Below, one piece after another: positions 1 through 4,208 of a DNA stretch of 4,208 nucleotides. The notes below the pieces were generated by a model. The model saw nothing but the letters and a program-made list of their open reading frames with translations. It did not search any database and had not been told where the DNA came from. Origin of the DNA: a virus (taxonomy: Duplodnaviria > Heunggongvirae > Uroviricota > Caudoviricetes); IMG/VR virus record IMGVR_UViG_2660238600_000003, positions 1-4,208 of that record; one strand, written 5' to 3'. The stretch's first letter is position 1. Every line of letters begins with the position of its first letter. A program made the position numbers and the translations under genes.

Positions 1-24
1 TCAGAGGCAGAAAACGTTGCTTAA
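1..24 (+). CDS. tnpA: Possible 3' end of the Tn3-family transposase gene (last 7 codons plus TAA stop inside the inverted repeat); partial, runs off the left edge.
   Basis: Frame 1 is open from position 1 (tca gag gca gaa aac gtt gct) to a TAA at 22-24 inside the inverted repeat. Tn3 tnpA is known to terminate within its terminal repeat. The fragment is too short to confirm by protein similarity. Confidence 0.35.
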   Translation, partial: SEAENVA

Positions 25-57
25 CGTGAGTTTTCGTTCCACTGAGCGTCAGACCCC
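1..57 (+). mobile_element. Right-hand terminus of a Tn3-family (Tn1/Tn2/Tn3-like) transposon. The 38-bp terminal inverted repeat is at 20-57; the transposon body lies to the left, outside the window.
   Basis: The reverse complement of 20-57 is GGGGTCTGACGCTCAGTGGAACGAAAACTCACGTTAAG, which matches the Tn3 38-bp terminal inverted repeat as I recall it, with the GGGG outer end at 54-57. The sequence changes character immediately after 57. The inner flank (1-19) differs from the bla-side flank found in pBR322-type vectors, so this looks like the tnpA-side end. Confidence 0.8.
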
Positions 58-1136
58 TAGTACCGAAGGGCTTTCGTCTGGGAAGTGAAGAAGCTCTCGC
101 CGGTGAACACGCAGATCATCTTCTGTATATTATCGATGAAGCCTCCGGTGTCAGTGATAGAGCTTTCGGTATCATCACCGGTGCTCTTACCGGACAGGAT
201 AACCGCATCTTATTGCTGTCACAGCCTACACGCCCAAGCGGCTATTTCTACGATACACACCATAAACTGGCCAAGCGTCCTGGTAACCCAGATGGCGTTT
301 ATACGGCGATCACGCTTAACAGTGAGGAATCACCGCTGGTAACGCCAGAATTTATCAAAATGAAGCTGGCGGAGTACGGCGGGCGTGATAACCCTATGTA
401 CATGATTAAGGTACGCGGCCTATTCCCTAAATCACAGGACGGCTTCCTTCTTGGACGTGATGAGGTTGAACGTGCGACGCGGCGGAAAGTCAAGATTGCC
501 AAAGGATGGGGCTGGCTTGCATGTGTGGACGTTGCTGGTGGTACAGGACGGGATAAGTCCGTTATCAATATCATGATGGTGTCCGGCCAGCGAAATAAAC
601 GCCGTGTAATCAACTATCGAATGCTGGAATACACAGACGTTACAGAAACGCAGCTTGCCGCCAAAATTTTCGCAGAATGTAATCCTGAGCGATTCCCAAA
701 TATCACCATAGCGATAGACGGCGATGGGCTGGGTAAAGCAACGGCGGATCTGATGTACGAGTATTATGGTATTACCGTACAGCGTATACGCTGGGGTAAA
801 AAGATGCATAGCCGTGAAGATAAGAGCCTGTACTTTGATAAGCGTGCTTATGCCAACGTTCAAGCCGCAGAGGCCGTAAAATCTGGTCGTATGAGACTGG
901 ATAAAGGTAATGAAACTATTGAGGAAGCGTCGAAAATCCCTGTAGGGATTAACTCCGCAGGTCAATGGAAGGTGATGAGTAAGGAGGATATGAAGAAAAA
1001 ACTCAATCTGCACTCACCAGACCATTGGGATACATATTGTTTCGCTATGCTGGCGGATTATGTTCCCCAGGACGAAGTGCTTAGCGTCGAAGACGAAGCG
1101 CAGGTTGATGAAGCTCTGGCATGGCTTAATGAATGA
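58..1136 (+). pseudogene. pacB: Terminase large subunit (P1 PacB-like), 5'-truncated at the transposon end. Walker B and the C-terminal RNase-H-like nuclease domain are retained; the Walker A region is missing.
   Basis: The frame of the 213..1136 ORF stays open back to the transposon boundary. The upstream in-frame translation reads ...[42 protein letters not shown], with a Walker B-like LLYIIDEAS at 120-146. Downstream motifs [14 protein letters not shown] (Asp codon 528-530), [11 protein letters not shown] and [14 protein letters not shown] are typical of terminase nuclease domains. No Walker A (P-loop) is present anywhere in the frame. The ORF-track start at 213 is a TTG with no convincing ribosome-binding site. 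The pacB symbol is inferred from the P1-like context, not from sequence memory. Confidence 0.7.
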
Positions 1137-1139
1137 ATA

Positions 1140-1156
1140 CTTGCTCTAATAAATTG
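1140..1156 (+). promoter_or_regulatory. C1 repressor operator (Op51-like), probably overlapping the promoter of the c4-icd-ant operon.
   Basis: CTTGCTCTAATAAATTG matches the asymmetric 17-bp P1 C1 operator consensus ATTGCTCTAATAAATTT at 15/17 positions. It lies 4 nt after the terminase stop and upstream of the c4/icd/ant genes. No clean -35/-10 pair could be assigned. Confidence 0.6.
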
Positions 1157-1287
1157 TGTTTTTTAACTGCCGATGTTACATTGAGCCTGACCTCTTGCGC
1201 CTTGAGGCATTTTCGGTTTATGCTTATCAGGCATCTCAGTAAAACGGGTGCCGGGATTGAGACCCCGGATAATGCAAAAGGCGACAC

Positions 1288-1310
1288 AGACGCCAAAAGC
1301 GTCTTTTTTT
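1288..1310 (+). terminator. Rho-independent terminator, plus-strand orientation.
   Basis: AGACGC (1288-1293), loop CAAAA, GCGTCT (1299-1304), then a run of seven T (1304-1310). On the opposite strand no T-tract follows the stem. Confidence 0.55.
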
Positions 1311-1355
1311 GTGTCATGCCATCGCACAGCCATACGTAGCGTTTAGCTCAGAGAT

Positions 1356-1442
1356 CAATGGTAGTGCTGGCTGGGCTGCCGAAAGGCAGGCCGGTTCCCT
1401 TTTGCGCCGGTAGTCTCAACCCAGTCAGTGCTACCGCCATTG
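1356..1442 (+). ncRNA. c4: c4-like antisense regulatory RNA (candidate; ends approximate).
   Basis: Non-coding stretch directly upstream of icd. A 14-bp interrupted closing stem pairs 1356-1369 with 1426-1442, and an internal GNRA-type hairpin lies at 1371-1390 (CTGCC-GAAA-GGCAG core at 1376-1389). Two segments are complementary to the icd translation initiation region: 1398-1405 CCTTTTGC pairs with 1477-1484 GCAAAAGG (Shine-Dalgarno), and 1356-1364 CAATGGTAG pairs with 1488-1496 CTGCCATTG (reaching the GTG start; one G-U). This matches the known P1 c4 a2/b2 versus a'/b' arrangement. Confidence 0.45.
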
Positions 1443-1495
1443 AGATTGAGACCTCACGCGGTAGCTCCTTAAATTAGCAAAAGGAGGCTGCCATT

Positions 1496-1717
1496 GTGGC
1501 TACTATCCCTACCCCTGCTCATCCTGAATTTATCTGGCGCTTTTACTCCTGCCAAAAACGTCACTATCACTTCGTTATTGCACCGACAGAAGATGAGGCA
1601 CGTTCTCAGCTTCCGGATGCTCCCTGTATTTTCTCTGCCCGCTTTTCTACCGATTCGCGCAATTCTCTCAGTTACTGGTGCCTCCCTGTTAACGCTTCTG
1701 CTCAGGAGGGACTATGA
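1496..1717 (+). CDS. icd: Icd-like small protein (73 aa; interference with cell division), first ORF of the immunity-I operon.
   Basis: GTG start at 1496 preceded by AAGGAGG (1481-1487, 8-nt spacer). The stop at 1715-1717 overlaps the ant1 ATG (ATGA). Size and position (between c4 and ant, overlapping ant1) match P1 icd. No protein-level confirmation was possible. Confidence 0.55.
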   Translation: MATIPTPAHPEFIWRFYSCQKRHYHFVIAPTEDEARSQLPDAPCIFSARFSTDSRNSLSYWCLPVNASAQEGL

Positions 1718-2829
1718 GAACGTCATTAGTCACCCGTGAAGAGATGATCGAGGCAATTGAACAGCACACTGCCTGTATCAGTACCAGGGATATACCGGGC
1801 GTTATTGCCAACTACTTCATGATCACCAAACAACTTTACCGGAGAAAGGACAAACACGCGGTTCACCGCATTCTGCTAACCGATATCCGTGAATACCTGC
1901 TCGAACAGGGTCATCTGAATTACGCAACCGTCGCAGCCGAAGCACGCAAGGAGGCACACAGAATGAAAGCTACTAACGTTAAATCAGAAAAAGTTCATGC
2001 ACCTTCAGTTCAGGAATCAGAGCTGGTGGTTGTTCAAAATCAGTCGGATGAAATTCCCGTTCTGGAGTGGCAGGGAGTGCGTGTCGTAACAACCGAAACT
2101 CTTGCTAAGGGGTATGGTACAGAAGCGATTCGCATTCGCCAGAATCATCATGAGAACAAAGTACGCTTTGTTGAAGCGAAGCACTTTTTCAAGGTTATTG
2201 GCGATGAGCTGAAAAATTTGCGGGTAGCTTTAAACTACTCACAAAATCCAGTCTCCCCCAAAGCGCGCTCTCTCATCCTCTGGACAGAACGAGGAGCTGC
2301 CCGTCACGCTAAAATGCTCGAAACCGATCAGGCATGGGCATTCTTTGAAAAACTGGAAGACAGCTACTTCCGACAAAAAGAACAGCAACCGGTCGCAATC
2401 CCCCAGACGCTTCCAGAAGCTCTGCGCCTGGCTGCCGAGTTAGCTGAACAAAAGCAACTTCTGGAACAGAAAGCCCACCAGCTAAATCAGCAGCTGGTGG
2501 CCGCCGCTTCTAAAGTCGATTTTGCCGACCGGGTATCAGTAGCTAAAGGGATCCTGATTGGGAATTTTGCAAAGGTCGTTGGACTTAAACAAAATGCGCT
2601 GTTTGCCTGGTTACGGGAGAACGGCATTCTGATAGCGTCCGGAGGCCGTAAAAATGTACCGTTCCAGCAGTACATCAACGCGGGGTATTTCACGGTGAAA
2701 GAAGTGGTGCTGGATGATGAAGATGGCTACCAGATACGGTTGACGCCTCAATTAACGGGTAAAGGCCAGCAGTGGTTGACGCGTAAACTGCTCGATGCTG
2801 GCTTGTTAAAACCGGTGGCGGCTGAATAA
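1714..2829 (+). CDS. ant1: Antirepressor Ant1 (371 aa), with a C-terminal region typical of phage antirepressors.
   Basis: ATG at 1714 preceded by AGGAGGG (1704-1710). The 371-aa product (about 42 kDa) contains an in-frame internal start giving a 288-aa product (about 32 kDa), matching the P1 Ant1/Ant2 pair. The C-terminal half (DFADRVSVAKGILIGNFAKVVG...FTVKEVVLDDEDGYQIRLTPQLTGKGQQWL) resembles phage antirepressor KilA-C-type domains, judged by eye. Confidence 0.75.
   Translation: MRTSLVTREEMIEAIEQHTACISTRDIPGVIANYFMITKQLYRRKDKHAVHRILLTDIREYLLEQGHLNYATVAAEARKEAHRMKATNVKSEKVHAPSVQESELVVVQNQSDEIPVLEWQGVRVVTTETLAKGYGTEAIRIRQNHHENKVRFVEAKHFFKVIGDELKNLRVALNYSQNPVSPKARSLILWTERGAARHAKMLETDQAWAFFEKLEDSYFRQKEQQPVAIPQTLPEALRLAAELAEQKQLLEQKAHQLNQQLVAAASKVDFADRVSVAKGILIGNFAKVVGLKQNALFAWLRENGILIASGGRKNVPFQQYINAGYFTVKEVVLDDEDGYQIRLTPQLTGKGQQWLTRKLLDAGLLKPVAAE
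1963..2829 (+). CDS. ant2: Antirepressor Ant2 (288 aa), in-frame internal start within ant1.
   Basis: ATG at 1963 with a strong AAGGAGG Shine-Dalgarno at 1948-1954 (8-nt spacer) inside the ant1 frame. P1 is known to make two Ant proteins from nested in-frame starts. Confidence 0.45.
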   Translation: MKATNVKSEKVHAPSVQESELVVVQNQSDEIPVLEWQGVRVVTTETLAKGYGTEAIRIRQNHHENKVRFVEAKHFFKVIGDELKNLRVALNYSQNPVSPKARSLILWTERGAARHAKMLETDQAWAFFEKLEDSYFRQKEQQPVAIPQTLPEALRLAAELAEQKQLLEQKAHQLNQQLVAAASKVDFADRVSVAKGILIGNFAKVVGLKQNALFAWLRENGILIASGGRKNVPFQQYINAGYFTVKEVVLDDEDGYQIRLTPQLTGKGQQWLTRKLLDAGLLKPVAAE

Positions 2830-2836
2830 TGGAAGA

Positions 2837-2858
2837 ATGCCCGGTTGATGCCGGGCAT
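2837..2858. terminator. Hairpin between convergent ant (plus) and c1 (minus); candidate bidirectional terminator.
   Basis: Perfect 8-bp stem ATGCCCGG / CCGGGCAT with loop TTGATG. It lies 8 nt after the ant stop (2827-2829) and just 3' of the c1 stop on the minus strand (2862-2864). AATTTATT follows on the plus strand; the T-tract is modest on both sides. Confidence 0.45.
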
Positions 2859-2861
2859 AAT

Positions 2862-3713
2862 TTATTGCGCGCTTTCGGGGTTGTCGTTTACTGGCTGCCC
2901 CTTCTTGGTTTTACGGCTGCGCGTAACTGATGCGGCTGACTTAACCTTTTTCTCTTCGCGAGTGATGGCAATTTGTTTTTTTACATTTTCAATATCTGCC
3001 AGGCGATATATTTTTGCTTGCGGCCAGCGGTCGCAGATGATCGGTTCTATGGAGTCATAAAGGCTAAATTTTGCTTTTTCGAATTCACCGTTGATGATAA
3101 TTCCATCACGGAGAGTTTCATCGCAGATAAACACGCCACACAGTGGCACATGGTAACTAACTGATTTACCATCATTGTAGTTAGGGCTACTGGAAATGTA
3201 GTGGACGCGCAGCATTGTTTCGCTAAAGCCGTGTACGCGCATACGGAATTTTTCATCCTCCGGGTACTGCTTCATTAGCTCTTTTGTTGCTTCCAGGTTC
3301 TCTATGTATTTCGCACTGTGCTCATTGATCCCCGCGCTTTTTTGGATGCGAATGTCCTTATCAATCAGATGAATAATGCGGCCAGCGGTCATGTTGACGC
3401 TGTTCACAGCTTCTGTCTGATAAGTTGTAACCTTACGCACACCGCGAAGGATGTTAGGCACTGGATATAAAATAGTCTTTGGGATATTGAGGTCTGGGTA
3501 CTGTTCCAGTTCCCGCGCCATTAAAGTCCATTTATCAATTTCAGCCTGAATGCTGTCAGTTTCTTTGAACGGTAGAACGACAACCGGGCGTACAGGACGA
3601 CCGTCGCTGGCTGTATCAACGTGTTGGGCGCGTGCAACAGCTTTTTTTAGAAAGAGATCCCTGAAGCTGACGAACTCCTGGTACAGTTGTTCGCCGTAGA
3701 CATAATTTATCAT
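2862..3713 (-). CDS. c1: C1-like primary immunity repressor (283 aa).
   Basis: Intact 283-aa ORF with a strong Shine-Dalgarno (GGAGGAGG 4 nt upstream of the ATG on the minus strand). The length equals that of the P1 C1 repressor. C1-operator-like sites occur in the window (1140-1156, 3808-3824), and a 69-aa gene lies immediately upstream on the same strand, as for coi-c1 in P1. Confidence 0.7.
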   Translation of the reverse strand: MINYVYGEQLYQEFVSFRDLFLKKAVARAQHVDTASDGRPVRPVVVLPFKETDSIQAEIDKWTLMARELEQYPDLNIPKTILYPVPNILRGVRKVTTYQTEAVNSVNMTAGRIIHLIDKDIRIQKSAGINEHSAKYIENLEATKELMKQYPEDEKFRMRVHGFSETMLRVHYISSSPNYNDGKSVSYHVPLCGVFICDETLRDGIIINGEFEKAKFSLYDSIEPIICDRWPQAKIYRLADIENVKKQIAITREEKKVKSAASVTRSRKTKKGQPVNDNPESAQ

Positions 3714-3781
3714 TGATCCTCCTCCAGAATTGACATGGTCAATAACGCCCGGCTGAGAAAACCGGTCATTACTGACCTATA

Positions 3782-3824
3782 TTATAGAGGGATCAAACGA
3801 AAATAATAGATTTATTAGTGCATT
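3782..3824 (-). promoter_or_regulatory. Candidate c1-proximal promoter with an overlapping C1 operator-like site (autoregulation).
   Basis: On the minus strand there is a perfect TATAAT (plus coordinates 3782-3787) about 70 nt upstream of the c1 ATG, with a weak -35. The minus-strand site at 3808-3824 (AATGCACTAATAAATCT) matches the C1 operator consensus at 14/17 positions. Confidence 0.3.
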
Positions 3825-4033
3825 TATTGTGAGTCTAACTGGTTAGTTGCCATGAGATATTCGATTGTGTCAGTGAGGTCATCCAGGTCGTCTTGGGTGA
3901 TGCGATACTCCTGATTGGATATCTTTGAGTAGTGTTCAGCAATGGCGCGGGCTGCGTCGGTTTCGGCAGGGTCTACAGATAAAGCGTTAGAGCAATGTCT
4001 AACGTCGTCGATGGTTGGTTGAATGAAAGCCAT
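3824..4033 (-). CDS. coi: Coi-like C1-inactivator protein (69 aa, acidic).
   Basis: 69-aa ORF directly upstream of c1 and co-directional with it. GAGG lies 7 nt upstream of its ATG on the minus strand. Size and position match P1 coi. No sequence-level confirmation was possible. Confidence 0.55.
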   Translation of the reverse strand: MAFIQPTIDDVRHCSNALSVDPAETDAARAIAEHYSKISNQEYRITQDDLDDLTDTIEYLMATNQLDSQ

Positions 4034-4208
4034 AATTATGCCTCACTGTATTGACAACACAGAGCCTGAAGCTCTGACCTACTGTTTCACCCATGATCCA
4101 TGCTGGGGTAATCTAACAACATTGCGCTGTGTGTAAGATGAGCAATGCATAGGGAAGGTGCGAACAAGTTCCTGATATGAGATCATCATATTCATCCGGA
4201 GCGCATCC

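Noticed and set aside
20-57. The segment looks like the pBR322/pUC sequence next to the ColE1 origin, suggesting cloning-vector contamination or a ColE1 replicon.
   Set aside because: That vector segment is itself the Tn3 inverted-repeat remnant. Here the bases inside the repeat (1-19) and after it (58 onward) do not continue as vector sequence, and the downstream DNA is phage-like. A natural Tn3-family end is the simpler reading.
85-342. 85-aa plus-strand ORF overlapping the transposon/terminase junction.
   Set aside because: It is in a different frame from the well-supported terminase frame, has low-complexity composition and no ribosome-binding site.
299-1013. Minus-strand ORFs 432..1013 (193 aa) and 299..613 (104 aa) antisense to the terminase.
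   Set aside because: They lie entirely within the terminase coding frame on the opposite strand and have no motifs or ribosome-binding sites. They are typical shadow ORFs.
1126-1339. Small ORFs 1133..1339 (plus, 68 aa) and 1126..1317 (minus, 63 aa) in the pacB-c4 spacer.
   Set aside because: They overlap the operator and the intrinsic terminator, have no ribosome-binding sites, and the region is better explained as regulatory.
1356-1442. The structured RNA could be a tRNA.
   Set aside because: No cloverleaf with D and T arms or an anticodon loop can be drawn. The long closing stem and the antisense complementarity to the icd start fit a regulatory RNA instead.
1494-1739. 81-aa ORF in an alternative frame over icd.
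   Set aside because: The frame with GTG 1496 has the AAGGAGG ribosome-binding site at the right spacing and ends in the ATGA overlap with ant1. The alternative frame is a hydrophobic shadow ORF.
2487-3256. ORFs 2487..2693 (minus), 2845..3060 (plus), 2973..3164 (plus) and 3047..3256 (minus) overlapping ant or c1.
   Set aside because: All are embedded in or antisense to the two long, well-supported genes and lack start signals.
3731-4056. Two perfect plus-strand TTGACA hexamers (3731-3736 and 4051-4056) as -35 elements of plus-strand promoters.
   Set aside because: No acceptable -10 hexamer lies 16-18 bp downstream of either; both sites are followed by CTGA-type sequence instead. They may be chance matches or part of unrecognised sites.
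1-4208. CRISPR arrays, rRNA, integrase or attachment sites.
   Set aside because: No spaced direct repeats, no rRNA-like segments and no integrase-like ORF were seen. The only repeat of note is the transposon inverted repeat.

Overview
This window reads as a compact P1-like phage-plasmid immunity cassette, interrupted at its left edge by the end of a Tn3-family transposon. All calls rest on reading the sequence and on recalled literature; no database search was possible. From left to right: (1) positions 20-57 are an exact 38-bp Tn3/Tn1/Tn2-type terminal inverted repeat, with the transposon interior to the left of the window. (2) From position 58 a terminase large-subunit gene starts mid-gene (Walker B and nuclease domain present, Walker A region absent) and runs to 1136; this is a 5'-truncated, probably non-functional pacB-like gene. 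(3) A 17-bp site at 1140-1156 matches the P1 C1-repressor operator consensus at 15/17 positions, followed by an intrinsic terminator at 1288-1310. (4) A structured c4-like antisense RNA candidate at 1356-1442 carries two segments complementary to the ribosome-binding site and GTG start of the next gene. (5) A 73-aa icd-like gene (1496-1717) overlaps by ATGA a 371-aa antirepressor gene (ant1, 1714-2829) that has a strong in-frame internal start (ant2, 1963). (6) A hairpin terminator sits between convergent genes. (7) On the minus strand lie a 283-aa c1-like repressor gene (2862-3713) and, upstream of it, a 69-aa coi-like gene (3824-4033), with an operator-like site between them. The individual parts are known P1 biology. 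What deserves a second look is that the ImmI module (c4-icd-ant) and the ImmC module (coi-c1) sit side by side next to the terminase, that the terminase is disrupted by a transposon typical of bla carriage, and that the antisense-RNA pairing geometry can be read directly from the sequence.
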